The position numbers and the translations under genes are program-made. From Octopus vulgaris (taxonomy: Eukaryota), in NCBI GenBank assembly GCA_951406725.2, contig OX597828.1, positions 19,592,001 to 19,656,000 of the forward strand: a stretch of 64,000 nucleotides of DNA, in the 5' to 3' direction. Under the pieces are notes generated by a model. It ran no database searches. It saw only the letters and a list, made by a program, of their open reading frames with translations, and had not been told where the DNA came from. Shown here one piece after another: positions 1 to 13,921 of the stretch. Every line of letters begins with the position of its first letter. Position 1 is the first letter of the stretch.

Positions 1-840
1 TAAACACTCCCTTGCCATTCCCTATTATCGAAAAATATTATCAACCAGTGATTGGTTCATCGGAAATCTATAACTTACGAAAATTACGAGCATACAGGAA
101 GTATAGCAAGTGTACATCAAAAGTAATAATTTTAACTAAACGTAGGCAAACAGCTACGGATAGAAGTACTTATAACAGAAAGTAGACTTGTTCAGAAAGA
201 GATTCATGAATATCTATATACACTCGACCACATGCATACTTAAATACCATAGCTTCCCATTTTAGAGCGTCCCTTGCTATCTACTACAACCACAAACGCA
301 GCCACAACGGTAGCAAAGTTTAGTTCTGAGAAACTAAAGCTCAAAGTCCCACATTTAATTAGACTGTAATGTTAAAGAGATTACCCGCCTGAGATGATTA
401 TACAAAGACAGTACCACAAAACAAAATAGATAAAGTAAACTGACTACGTCAAAGATACGCCAAAGTTCTTCAGATTTTCTGTTTGACATTTTAAGACAGT
501 AAACTATGAAAGAAAAATGGCGACTGCATTATCAGCGGTTTCTGCTGTTCAATCATTTTTGTTGATGTAATACAAAACTAGCAATTTTATTGGCTGGTTT
601 AGATCTAGTAATAATCTTGATGCCACAAAACCTACTCGTGATGTATCTGTCACATATTACGCAGAGTACAACGATATAATTGGTTATCAGTCGGAGAAAG
701 TAGGAAGCGTATACGACTTGTAATGATGTATCACAGAATGAGTTTGCAGCATTCCCGATTCTATCCTTTTGTCTGCCTGTCTGTCTATCTTCGTCAAACT
801 CAGTTAATTTCATACTCTCACTACCACATATGCATGCATG

Positions 841-1006
<166 letters not shown>

Positions 1007-1040
1007 GTACACACACACATATATGTATGTATATATATAT

Positions 1041-1091
<51 letters not shown>

Positions 1092-1100
1092 ATATACATG

Positions 1101-1175
<75 letters not shown>

Positions 1176-1178
<3 letters not shown>

Positions 1179-1341
1179 AGTGACTGTGTGGTAAGTAGCT
1201 TGCTTACGAACCACATGGTTCCGGGTTCAGTCCCACTGCGTAGCACTTTGGGCAAGTATCTTCTACTATAGCCTCGGGTCGACCAAAGCCTTGTGAGTGG
1301 ATTTGGTAGACGGAAACTGAAAGAAGCCCATTGTATATATG

Positions 1342-1387
<46 letters not shown>

Positions 1388-1614
1388 TGTGTGTGTGTGT
1401 GTGTGTGCGTGTGCGTGTAAGTTTGTCTGTCTGTGTTTGTCCCCCCAACATCGCTTGACAACTGATGCTTGTGTGTTCACGTCCCCGTAACTCAGCGGTT
1501 CGGCAAAAGAGACCGATAGTATAAGTACTAGGCTTCCAAAGAATATGTCCTGGGGTCGATTTGCTCGACTAAAGGCGGTGCTCCAGCATGGCCGCAGTCA
1601 AATGAGTAAAGAGT
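1176..1614 (+). mobile_element. tRNA-derived CORE-type SINE (family A), full length, internal (TA)n(TG)n
   Basis: A-box-like tgactgtgtggtaag, B-box-like ggttcagtccc, CORE-like ttgggcaagtatcttctactatagcctc, 3' tail gcggtgctccagcatggccgcagtcaaatga; more than 10 related copies in the window. Confidence 0.9.
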
Positions 1615-1793
1615 ATATATACACAAAAGAGTAAAGAGTATATATACACATGCATATCGATTTACTGTGCGTGCATATATGTATATATTATACACACACA
1701 CACACATACATACACATACACATATATATACCTGCATATACATATACATGCTACGTATTTATGTAAATTAGTATTTATATACACACACATAAC

Positions 1794-2080
1794 TGGCACC
1801 CAGTCAGTTACGATAACAAGCGTTCCAGTTGATCAAATCAACTGAACCTGCTCGTATAATTAACGTGACCTCCAGTATCGAACTCAGGGATGTTCAGCGT
1901 GACACAGAATGTGACACAGCTGACCTTTGTGAATTACAGGTATTGCTCATTATTGTCAGCTTAGTGGTCTGGAGCAACATCAAAAGAAAGTGTCTTGCTT
2001 AAGGACGCAATGCACCGCCGAGTATCGAACATACGAACTTACGATCGTAAGCGGAATACCCTAACCACTAAGCCATGCGC
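1794..2080 (-). mobile_element. tRNA-derived SINE (family C), diverged
   Basis: Reverse complement starts gcgcatggcttagtggttaggg and aligns with the copies at 25030-25348 and 57964-58242. Confidence 0.8.
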
Positions 2081-2110
2081 TTTCTTTCTTTCTTCTTTTC
2101 TTTCTTTCCT

Positions 2111-2180
<70 letters not shown>

Positions 2181-2185
2181 TTTCC

Positions 2186-2216
<31 letters not shown>

Positions 2217-2300
2217 TTTCTTCCTTCCTTCTTTCTTTCTTTCTTTCTTTCTTTTTTTCTGGTTTCTCATCTCACACACACACGCAAACACACACATGCA

Positions 2301-2343
<43 letters not shown>

Positions 2344-2349
2344 CTTTTA

Positions 2350-2530
2350 TCGTTTACTTGGCTCAGTTCTCAGACTGCGGTCATGCTGGGGCTCCGCCTT
2401 GAGGAATGTTAGTCGAAAGAATCGATCCCAGTACTTATTTTTTAAAAGCCTGTTACTTATTTGATTGGTCTCTTCTACCAGACCGCTAAGTTACGGGGAT
2501 GTAAATGTACCAACACCGGTTGTCAAGCTG

Positions 2531-2612
<82 letters not shown>

Positions 2613-2775
2613 CGACCTGTTGCTTTCAGTTTCTGTCTACCAAATTTATTAACAAGGCTTTGATCGAACCCAGGCTATATTAGAAGGAACTTGTTCAAGA
2701 TTCCACGCAGTGGGACTGAGCTCGGAACTATGTGGTTGGGATGCAAACTACTTACCACACAGCCACGCCTGCGCC
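2350..2775 (-). mobile_element. SINE family A, diverged, internal (CA)n
   Basis: Ends cttaccacacagccacgcctgcgcc (head, reverse complement); body matches family A. Confidence 0.85.
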
Positions 2776-2782
2776 TACATGA

Positions 2783-2784
<2 letters not shown>

Positions 2785-2813
<29 letters not shown>

Positions 2814-2944
2814 TGTATGTATGTATGTATGTATCTATCTATTTATTTGTCAGACCGTCCATCCATCCATCCATCCATCCATCCGTCCGTCCGTCCGTCC
2901 GTCCGTCCGTCCGTCCGTCCGTCCGTCCGTCCGTCCGTCCGTCC

Positions 2945-2992
<48 letters not shown>

Positions 2993-3092
2993 ATCTATCT
3001 ATCTATCTATCTATTTATTTGTCAGTCCGTCCATCCATCCATCCATCCATCCGTCCGTCCGTCCGTCCGTCCGTCCGTCCGTCCGTCCGTCA

Positions 3093-3170
<78 letters not shown>

Positions 3171-3228
3171 TTATTTGTCAGTCCGTCCATCCGTCCATTC
3201 ATGCGTCCGTCCGTCCGTCCGTCCGTCC

Positions 3229-3304
<76 letters not shown>

Positions 3305-3309
3305 GTCTG

Positions 3310-3368
<59 letters not shown>

Positions 3369-3375
3369 GTCTATA
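2785..3375. repeat. Compound tetranucleotide microsatellite with three higher-order units
   Basis: (TATG)n then three blocks of (CCAT)n(CCGT)n(CTGT)n(CTAT)n, each anchored by ttatttgtcag at 2843, 3015 and 3171. Confidence 0.9.
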
Positions 3376-4548
3376 TTTATATATGTTTACATACAAACAC
3401 ACACATACACATACGCACACACACGAGTATGTCTGTACACATGCACGCTACATTAACTACATCTTGCAATAATAAGCTTATTGATTTCTTCGAAAAGCTC
3501 AAAGCCACAGAATATCGTGGAAAGGAACAAGTGATTAAAGCGACATCTCTTCTTATCGTGTCCCTTTTATTTCCATCAAATCTAAAAGGATGACATGTTA
3601 GGTTAGGTCTCGGTGGGATTTGAACTCCGAACGTAATAGGAGTATAACTAGCATCACTAAGAGATGCTGAAATCCATTTAATCCGTTCCATCGCCCTCCC
3701 CGTGGGAGAGATAATGAGGAATGTGTCGTGTCGAATACCATAAAAACCGAGATAACTGAATCAACCACGGCAACTGTAATAAGAAGAATAAAACGAAAAA
3801 TGTAAGGAAGAAGTAAAAAGACGATGAAGGTGAGGAAGAAGAGGAGCAACAACACCAACAACAACGACGACGACGACGATGGCGGCGACAAGCGTTAGAG
3901 CTTCCAACAACAGCGATATCAGCAATAAAAGAAGGAAAAATATAGTTATTACAAATAACCGATCTCCATGACAGTGAATATAATATCGAATGATATTAAT
4001 AGGAAATTATAACAGCAGGAAGCCTCATTGCAGCAACGAGGCGAGAGGAAAAGTGACTTGACTTTACTGTTGGTCAAGAAGCCCTACTATAAATTAATAC
4101 GAAAACAAATCTGCACAGATAGTTAGCTCTGTATGATTTTCCTTTACAAACTGGTTTAAGTAATATACAGATTCCTCATATTACCGTATGGTTATAGATT
4201 TTTATCTATGGGACACCTATGAACAAAATATGTAGCTCTAATTCTCTGTCTCTCTTTTTTCTTTTGCTTCTCTCTCTCTGTCTGTCTCTCTGTTCCTCCC
4301 TCTCTTATCTTCTCTTCCAAAAATGACTGTTTAAGAAGGAAATTCATTCTCTTCTCAATCAGGCGGTTTCGCGGCGTTCGATTTCCAAGCACGGCACTGT
4401 GGAAAAACACATCTTGTACCATAACTTCAGATAATCCAAGCTTTCCAAGTAAAATTTGGCGGACGTAATCTGTAGTGGCTAGGTTGTATGTATGTATGTA
4501 TGTATGTATGTATGTATGTATGTATGTATGTATGTATGTATGTATATG

Positions 4549-4619
<71 letters not shown>

Positions 4620-4858
4620 ACGGAGTAGTCGAAGCAGGGGCAGCTAAAGAAGGGGAATGTTCCTTGTGGTGTTTGTCTTGTACTGTTTTTCGTTGTTAAA
4701 AAAAGTCTGTTTCCATGTATTTGTTTTAGGTTTTCGTTTCTCGCTGTGTTCTACGTTTTTTGCTGTCCTGTACCCATATATGCATGTATATATACATATA
4801 GATGTAGGTATGTACATATATGTATGTATGCATATGTTTTATTTATTAATTTGTTATT

Positions 4859-4905
<47 letters not shown>

Positions 4906-4929
4906 TGTATGTATGTATTTTTCTTTGTA

Positions 4930-5107
4930 TTTGTGTGTCTGTGCTTGTCCTCCTGCCATCGCTTGACAACTGATGCTGGTTTGTTTACGTCCCCATCACT
5001 TAGCGGTTTGGAATAAGTACTAGCTTACAAAAAATAAGTCATGCGGTGGATTTGTTCGACTGAAGGCGGTGTTCCAGCATGACCGCAGACAAATAACTGA
5101 AACAAGT
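4930..5107 (+). mobile_element. SINE family A, 3' half
   Basis: catcgcttgacaactgatgctgg...ggcggtgttccagcatgaccgcag...ctgaaacaagt. Confidence 0.8.
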
Positions 5108-5159
5108 CATATATATATATATATAAATTTTGGTAAAAGCCAACGCGTTTTAGGAGAAA

Positions 5160-5487
5160 GAGGTAAGTTGATTATATCGAATCCAGTATATGACTGGTAC
5201 TTTATTTTATGGGACACGAAAGGATGACAGGCAATGTTAATCCCGACGGTATTTAACCCATATTAACGCACTGTCCTCGCCTGAGGACAGTTGTATTTGG
5301 TTTATTTATTGCAATAAAGGTTAACTGGACGCTTCCGTATGTTTGTTATCCCTATTTATATAACTATCTTCAAAACTTCTACAAGGTTACCCTGGGTTAA
5401 AATGGGTTAAGCTCAGAATGCAAGCACAACATAGAGAAATGTCGCTAAGAATTTTGTCCGTCGTGCTATCGGTTCTGCCAGCTCATC
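5160..5487 (-). mobile_element. SINE family B, degenerate, interrupted by a MITE
   Basis: actggtactttatttt...gaaaggatgacaggcaa...ttctgccagctc matches family B (reverse complement). Confidence 0.6.
5257..5406. mobile_element. piggyBac-like MITE (150 bp)
   Basis: TTAA at 5253-5256 and 5407-5410; termini cccatattaacgca / tgggttaaaatggg form a 14-bp TIR with 2 mismatches and CCC...GGG ends. Confidence 0.7.
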
Positions 5488-5585
5488 TCTACACACGCGC
5501 GCACACACACACACACGCACACACATATGCATACATGCATGCATATATATCATATATCTATATATGATATATGATATATAAGCAT

Positions 5586-6003
5586 AGGAGTGGCTGTGTG
5601 ATAAGTAGCTTACTTACCAACAACATCGTTCCGAGTTCAGTCCCACTGCGTGACACCTTGGACAAGAGGCTTTTACTATAGCCTCGGGTCAACCAAAGCC
5701 TTGTGAGTGGATTTGGTAGACGGAAACTGAAAGAAGCCCGTCGTATATATCTATATATATATATATGTATATAAATGTGTGTGTATGTTTGTGTGTCTGC
5801 GTTTGTCCCTCCAACATCGCTTGACAACCAAGCTGGTATATTTACGTCCCTGTAACTTAGCGGTTCGGTAACAGAGACCGATAGAATAATAACTATGTTT
5901 ACAAGGAATAAGTCCTGGGGTCGATTTTGTCTACTAAAGGCGGTGTTCCAGCATGGCCACAGTCAAATGACTGAAACAAGTAAAAGAGCAAAAAAGAGTA
6001 AAG
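5586..6003 (+). mobile_element. SINE family A, full length
   Basis: aggagtggctgtgtgataag head through ctgaaacaagtaaaagag tail. Confidence 0.9.
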
Positions 6004-6547
6004 TGTATATATATATATATATATACACACTCACAAAATATGTTGAATACAATCATTTTTGTGTCTATGTGTATATACATATGTACGTATATGAATAGGT
6101 TTATCATTTACTCGCATATAACTCTGTGTGTGTGTGTCTGTATATGTGTATGTGTCTGTATATATGTATGTGTTTGTGAAAAAAAAAAGACTCATGATTG
6201 GATAAATTATTAGCATCTTATTGTATACAAAGATGGAGATAGAAACAATTCCAAGAAACGTAGTTACGCGCGATGGAACAGTTTAACAATACAATGGTAG
6301 GTCTATAACAACAAAGCCAGCGGAATGGTTAGCCAAATTAAGAATGTAACAGCGATGTCAACAATGGCGGCGGTGACCGTTAAAAGACCAGGCAAACAGT
6401 GTGAAGAAGTTTTATGTCGTTGATTCTTTCAGGTTTTGATATTTTGGTTTTACAATATCTGTGGCAATAGAATAAACATATTATATGTATGTGTGTACAC
6501 ACACAAACACACACACACCCGCACACACTCACACATACACATGCACA

Positions 6548-6621
<74 letters not shown>

Positions 6622-6767
6622 TAGATAGATAGATAGATATACATATATATACGTAGGCATACGAGTATACACACACACATATATATCTACTTATACATAT
6701 GTATCTATATAGTACAAGTACATACATAATTACACACATACATATATATGTATACACACATATATAC

Positions 6768-6820
<53 letters not shown>

Positions 6821-7269
6821 GATATACATACACATGTACATATATATATACCTTAGTACACGCACACAACCGTATGCTTAAACGCCAAGAAGCTGATTAA
6901 TTTACCATTCTTGAATAAACAATAGAGATGTTTCCTGGTCAATCATCCCAAAGAAGCATCAGACGGCTGCATTATATATTGTATATACACACTAATGCCA
7001 TTCAAATATTATTTCATTTAGCAACAATTTCCACACTGCGTGATACCCCCGTACTGCAGCCTTCCCTTTGTATGTATGTATGTATGTATGTATGTATGTA
7101 TGTATGTATGTATGTATGTATGTATGTATGTGTGTATGTATGTATGTGTGTATGTATGTATGTATGTATGTATGTATGTATGTATGTATGTATCTGTGTA
7201 TGTGTGTGCGTGTGTATTTATGTATGTATATATATTATCTAATATGTATATATATATATATATATATAG

Positions 7270-7450
7270 GCAGAGTTTACGAAAAAAAACAAAAGACGAA
7301 GACAGGCGGTGTACAAAACAAACAGATGTATTAATATAACGCTCAGGAATAGAAAAAATCTTTTAGGTTTCGAGCCTAAGCTCTTCTACAGATAGGAACA
7401 CAGAAAAAACAAGGAGAGAAACAAGGAGAGAAAAAAAAATGTGTGTAGTG
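7270..7450 (-). mobile_element. Short non-autonomous element with hammerhead-like motif (same family as 32693-33106)
   Basis: aaagacgaagacagg...gctcaggaa...ggtttcgagcctaagctcttctacag matches the 19912-20050 and 32693-32916 copies; abuts (TA)n. Confidence 0.65.
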
Positions 7451-7452
7451 GC

Positions 7453-7690
7453 TTTATTCTTTTACTTGTTTCAGTCATTTGACTGCGCGGTTATGCTGGT
7501 GCACCACTTTAAAGAGATTTTTAGTCGGAGAAACTGACCCCAGGACTTACTCTTTGTAAGCCTACTACTTGTTCTATCAGACTCTTTTGCCTAACCTCTA
7601 AGTTACGGGCGGCATAAACACCAACATCGGTTGTCAAGCGATGCAGGGGGAGGTGTGTGTGTGTGAGACAAACACAGACACGAAGACACG
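7453..7690 (-). mobile_element. SINE family A, 3' part
   Basis: tttacttgtttcagtcatttgactgcg...caacatcggttgtcaagcgatg. Confidence 0.8.
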
Positions 7691-7700
7691 CACACATCAC

Positions 7701-7881
7701 TACTCTCTTTTACTCTTTTACTTGTTTGTAAGCCTAGTACTTATTCTATGGGTCTTTTTACCGAACCGCTAAGTTACGGGGACGTTAACACACCAACATC
7801 AGTTGACAAGCGATGATGGGGCAGGTACAAACACAGCAACAAAAACGCACACGCATATACATATACACGTACATACATACA

Positions 7882-7932
<51 letters not shown>

Positions 7933-8086
7933 GGCGGGCTTCTTTTCAGTTTCCGTCTACCAAATCCACTCAGAAGGCTTTGGTCGGCTCGAATCTTTAG
8001 TAGAAGACACTTGTCAAAGGTGCCACGTAGTGGGATTGAACCCCAAACCATGTGGCTGGTGAGCAAGCTACTTACCACACAGCCAC

Positions 8087-8087
<1 letters not shown>
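7701..8087 (-). mobile_element. SINE family A, internally deleted
   Basis: Tail, body, internal (TACA)n(TA)n and head cttaccacacagccact. Confidence 0.85.
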
Positions 8088-8149
<62 letters not shown>

Positions 8150-8455
8150 TTAATTCACAATATATGGATTCGAAAGCTCTAGTACAGTAGCAAAGAAAAC
8201 GATAAGGTGTGTATTAAGTCATAAAAATACAGAGAAATAATTCGATGAAATTTTACCTAACAATAAGTAAATTCTACTGTCACGGCAAATTGTTTCGTAA
8301 CTTAAAAGCATGTAAATAATTTATATTATTATATTTAATTATAAATAAATTACTTACATCCCTGCCTTAATGCAAAATCGAAGAATCCCTCACACTGATG
8401 TAGAATTTAAGCTATGTCCTCTGGTAAAAGAAAGTCTTTTGTTATGACTTTATAT

Positions 8456-8515
<60 letters not shown>

Positions 8516-8653
8516 ACATATGGAAAACTACTTGTAAACATACACACACTTTTGCACACATACACACATATATATATATAAAGGCATACTTGTATACGTA
8601 CATGCATATGTGCATACATGTATATCTGCACACACGCGCATACACACATATAT

Positions 8654-8704
<51 letters not shown>

Positions 8705-9299
8705 AAGATAAATATATAAATAAATAGACAGAAAGACAGATAAATAGATATATAAATACAAAGATAGATTCATATATAGATTGACAGACAAACAGACATA
8801 TATATTGATAGATAGACAGATAGATAAATAATAGACAGACATACATACAGATAGATAGATTGATAGATAGATAGAGAGGTAGATAAATAGACAGGTAGAT
8901 AGATAGATAAGATAGATAACCTGGTTCAACTACTCAGATTTACATGTTAAGGCCACTTAGAAAGAAGTAATCAAAGCAATTATACTGTCTTAGAAGAGGC
9001 TTAATTAAAAACGTGAGAGCAACAAAAGCGTTTCCATTCACTCAAAATACACCTGGGATGAACTAAAAAAAAACTGAACTCCATACACTCTTATTTACAC
9101 AAACACAAGCACAATTATATTCTTTTATTCTTTTATTCTTTCAAGCCATGCAAGGGCACCTCCAATACACACACACACACACAGACACACACACACACAC
9201 ACACGCACACACAGACACACACAGAGACACACACACCTATGAGTCACCCTCTCTATGTTACTACCTTTCACTCAGACTAATACTTTTTACAACCTTCTC

Positions 9300-9500
9300 A
9301 TTTCAACATATAATTCGTCCAACGCCCCTGAGGTGCGGGGTATATTATAGATTTTTATTGAAATCCAATTAGCCTATTATTGAAATGGATGTTAGTGTAA
9401 CGTGTATGCAAAATGTCGTGAATATTGGTTCTCTGGTTTAGGCATTAAGATGGTAACAGACAGATAGGCAGACAGACAGAAACTGCCATTTGTATATATA
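9300..9500 (-). mobile_element. Possible non-autonomous Helitron-like fragment
   Basis: Reverse complement begins tatatacaaatggcagtttctgtctgtctg...aaaccagagaaccaat, a layout resembling 5' ends of non-autonomous Helitrons; no clear CTAG end. Confidence 0.3.
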
Positions 9501-9808
9501 AATGTATGTATATAATGGATCTAAGGTGTAGGTGCAGGAGGTGGTCAGACTCTGTATAAGGAGTATACGACCGCCATGTATGTGATAATAATACTTGTCT
9601 AGTAGACAGCCATCGTGTATGTATGTATGTATGTATGTATGTATGTATGTATGTATGTATGTATGTATGTATGTATATATGTATGTATGTATGTATATAT
9701 GTATGTATGTATGCATGTATGTATGTATCTATCTATCTAAACAACAAAACACATCCTCAAACATATGAGTGCATATGTACATGTGTGTATGTGTGCGCGT
9801 ACATGTAT

Positions 9809-9879
<71 letters not shown>

Positions 9880-9883
9880 TATA

Positions 9884-10430
9884 TTGGGTTGTCCGGAAAG
9901 TTCGTGCAGATTTATAGCAGCTTACCTTTCGACTTATTTTAGAATATGTTTTAGTCCATAAAATAGGATTTGACCTCACCTCCATTTAGAGCACAGTTTA
10001 AGCTATCTTTTCGTGGAAGAAGATTTATGTTCCTATAACTTGTGTTAATTCTGTAACACTTTAAAATGGAAGATAAGAAAGTTCATTTTCGGCACTTGAT
10101 GCTTTGGGAACCAGACAAAAATTACTGCAGCTCGGCTGGGTTGTGTAACCCCACTCTCCATATTCACCAGATATTTCTCCTTCGGGTTTCCACTTATTCA
10201 GATCTCTGCAGAATAGTCTTAATAGTAAAAATTTCAATTCCTTGGATGACGTAAAAAGATACCTTGATGAATTCTTTGCCATGAAACCACCTAAATTCTG
10301 GGAAGAGAGTATTTTCAGGTTAAAGTAAAGATAGAGACGCGTTGTTCACATTTGGTTGATTAAAAATGTAAGTATTTATTGACCTTTTTCTATCCTTTAA
10401 AAATCGGCACGAACTTTCCGGACAACCCAA
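9884..10430 (+). mobile_element. Internally deleted mariner transposon (547 bp)
   Basis: 30-bp TIRs ttgggttgtccggaaagttcgtgcagattt / aaatcggcacgaactttccggacaacccaa (1 mismatch), TA on both sides; N-terminus MEDKKVHFRHLMLW joined to C-terminal HSPYSPDISPSGFHLFRSLQN (YSPDLAPSD-type motif). Confidence 0.92.
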
Positions 10431-10492
10431 TATATATGCACATACACACACACTTATCGTGTGCTAGGCGTTAATACTCTTGAGATTATATA

Positions 10493-10725
10493 TATTTCTT
10501 TATTGCCCACAACGGGCAAAACACAGAGGGGACAAACAAGGACAGACAAAAGGATTAAGTCGATTACATCGACCCCAGTGCGAAACTGGTACTTTATTTA
10601 TCGACCCCGAAAGGATGAAAGGCAAAGTCGACCTCGGCGGAATTTGAACTCAGAACGTAATGGCAGACGAAATACGGCTAAGCACTTCGCCCGGCGTACT
10701 AACGATTCTGCCAGCTCGCCGCCTT
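10493..10725 (-). mobile_element. tRNA-derived SINE family B (Meta-domain-like) with 18-bp TSD
   Basis: Head ggcggcgagctggcagaatcgttag and core gaggtcgactttgcctttcatcctttcggggtcgataaat (reverse complement); TSD tactcttgagattatata at 10475-10492 and 10726-10743. Confidence 0.92.
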
Positions 10726-10798
10726 TACTCTTGAGATTATATAATCGAAATTTGACTCTGATTGCTCCGATTTTTTTTTCGTATTTTACAGAGTAAAC

Positions 10799-11845
10799 AT
10801 GGCCGCTCTGGTGGCAGTGTGTACCAATGAAGAACACAGATCAGTGATCCTATTTCTCTAGTCTTAAAGTGTGTGAGAGGCTGAAACTCATTGCAAGTTT
10901 TCAGCACAGTGCGTGGACGGCGCTCTACAGTGTGTATGAGTGGATCAAGATGTTTATAAATGGCTGGATAAACGTGAAGCACGAGGAAAGAGTAGGACGC
11001 CCATCGCCCTTCACCACTTACGAGAAGATCGAGAAGAGATGGTTCTGGCGAACTGACGACTGACCATCGATGAGATGACATGTTTTTTGCAAATTCGCCA
11101 TTGTTTCTGCGTAAGCACTCATCCACGACAACTTTGCTTCCGTAGAGCCTGTGCGAGGTGGATGGGGGTGCAAAGAGAGCTTACCGAAGCGTATAAGCGC
11201 AATTGTGTTAGAGATCTGTCAGTGCTTACTTAACCGCTACGACAATGAAGCTTTTTTGGAAAGGAGTCACAGTAAATGAAACCTGTGTCCACCACTTTGA
11301 GCCAGAATCTAAAAGGCAAAATATGAAATGGAAAAACTCTGGAATCGCCTGCGAGAATGAAATTCAAGACTCAACCCAGAAAAAGTGATGCTAACCGCTT
11401 TTTGGGACTCAAAATTGCCTGTGCTGGAGCATTACCTGGAAACGGGGTCTACAGTCACCATTGCAGGCTGCAGTGAAATGCTGGCCAACGAACTGAAACT
11501 AGCAATTGGCAAAAAAATAACATCAAGTGTTATTTTTGTACAACAGTGTACGTCCACATTCTTAAAAACCATTGAAAAATTGGGTTCCAAGTTGTTCGAA
11601 CACTCTGCATACAGTTCAGATCGCACACATTCTAACTATTACCTCTTTGAATCGCTCAAACATTCTTTACGAGTTCGTCCATTTGCTAAAGGGGAAGAAG
11701 CGCAGAGAATAGTGAATAAATGGCTTCGCAACTAGCGGAAAACCTTCTTCTCCGATTGAGTAAGCAAGCTTGTGTACTCCTGGAAGAGCTTGTGTACCCC
11801 TGGAAGAAGTGCATCGAGAAACAAGGACATTATATCGGAAAATGA
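10799..11845 (+). pseudogene. Decayed mariner (DD34D-type) transposase
   Basis: Frameshifted frames give VYEWIKMF...EERVGRP, a WVPRELT-like segment, NETCVHHFEPESKRQ, KVMLTAFWDS, HSAYSSDRTHSNYYLFESLK and WKKCIEKQGHYIGK*; probable right TIR ends near 11920. Confidence 0.88.
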
Positions 11846-12284
11846 TGCAATCGTTCAGCGCCTTGTTTTTGCTTCAATGAATCCTACAAAGAAATGCGTA
11901 TAAATTTTGACGTACAGTCGTATTTATAGTCGCATATTTATATATGTTTATATAAAGACATAGATATACAAAATCATATGTATATACGTGTATACATATC
12001 TCTAAGCATATATGTACGCATATACGTATGTATGTATGTATGTATGTATGTATGTATGTATGTATGTATGTATGTATGTATGTATGTATGTATGTATGTA
12101 TGCATGCATGCATGTATGTATGTATGTATGTATGTATGTATGTATGTATGTATGTATGTATGTAGATACGTGTTTATATTCGTGCGTTCGTGCATATACT
12201 TCCGATGTGTGATTGTATAATCAAACATTTATTTACAGTCGATTTTGCATACATGTATATAAACATACATGTATATATATGTAA

Positions 12285-12382
<98 letters not shown>

Positions 12383-12558
12383 ATATATATATATCTGTCA
12401 GTCTTCCTGTCTATCTATCACATACACATATATACACACACATACACACATACACACACACGTGTATGTATGCATAATTTTCCCTGGTTCAACAACAGGA
12501 ACAATTGGAAATGTTGAAGATCGAACAGGTCAATAAAGATCAAACACACACACACACA

Positions 12559-12593
<35 letters not shown>

Positions 12594-12893
12594 GCTTGCA
12601 TACACAACACCATCTCCCCCACACAAGCAAATTTACATTCCTATCTACCTATCATTATTAGTTTCACATACAATTTGTTCAGAGCAACAATATTAAAAAA
12701 AAAGCAAACAAAATAACAAAGAGACATCCTCTTCACAATCTTCTCCCCCATCCGCCCTTTAACCCTTCATCTACCTTCAATGTTAAACATCAAACAAACA
12801 AATCTGGAGTATGTTTGTCTAAAATGCTACGATATGCGAAGTAATATATAAGTTTCTAATGAAACCTTTATAGTAGAAACACCGTTGATTTCT

Positions 12894-12894
<1 letters not shown>

Positions 12895-12951
<57 letters not shown>

Positions 12952-13309
12952 TGTATATATATGCGTATATATATGTGTGTATATATATATATACATATAT
13001 ATATATATGTATATATATATACATATATATACATATATACATATATACATATATATATGTATATATATTTATATGTATATATATATATCTATATGTATAT
13101 GTATATGTATGCATATATATATATATATATATATATACGTATATATATATATGTATATATATATAAATGTATGTACATATGCATATATGTACATATACAT
13201 ACACACACAAATATATAGGTATGTATATCTATATATATATATGTATACATATATATAAGTATATATATAGGCATGTGTATATATATATATGTACTTGTAC
13301 ATACATATG

Positions 13310-13343
<34 letters not shown>

Positions 13344-13659
13344 CACATATATACGTATATATAAATATATATATATATATGTATATATATGTGTGCATAT
13401 ATATATATACACACATGTATATATATATGCATACATTTATGCATATATAGGCATATATATGATGTGTATATTTATGTTTGTGCGTGTATATATATAAATA
13501 AAAGTATAGGCACACACACATACATACGTATGAAGTTGTGAGTATATATATGTATGCACAATATTCATATACATATATTTGTATATGATTATGAATATAT
13601 ATATATATACAGCGATGTGTAACAACATCTGATGGTCTGGTCGGTCACGTGATCACGTG

Positions 13660-13702
<43 letters not shown>

Positions 13703-13710
13703 GAAATATA

Positions 13711-13744
<34 letters not shown>

Positions 13745-13745
13745 A
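12895..13745. repeat. Long degenerate (TA)n-based microsatellite tract
   Basis: About 850 bp of TA/TATG/TACA repeats. Confidence 0.9.
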
Positions 13746-13858
13746 TATATTTACATATATACGTACGTACATACATTCATATATTTATACTTATAAATAA
13801 CTACGTGGACATTCATACATATATCCATCCCTCCATCCATCCATCCATCCATCCATCC

Positions 13859-13921
<63 letters not shown>

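Noticed and set aside
1-720. Complex sequence at the window start as a possible coding exon
   Set aside because: No long open frame and no recognisable motif; left unassigned
10799-11845. Domesticated SETMAR-like gene
   Set aside because: Multiple frameshifts and stops, degenerate catalytic motifs, and no SET domain
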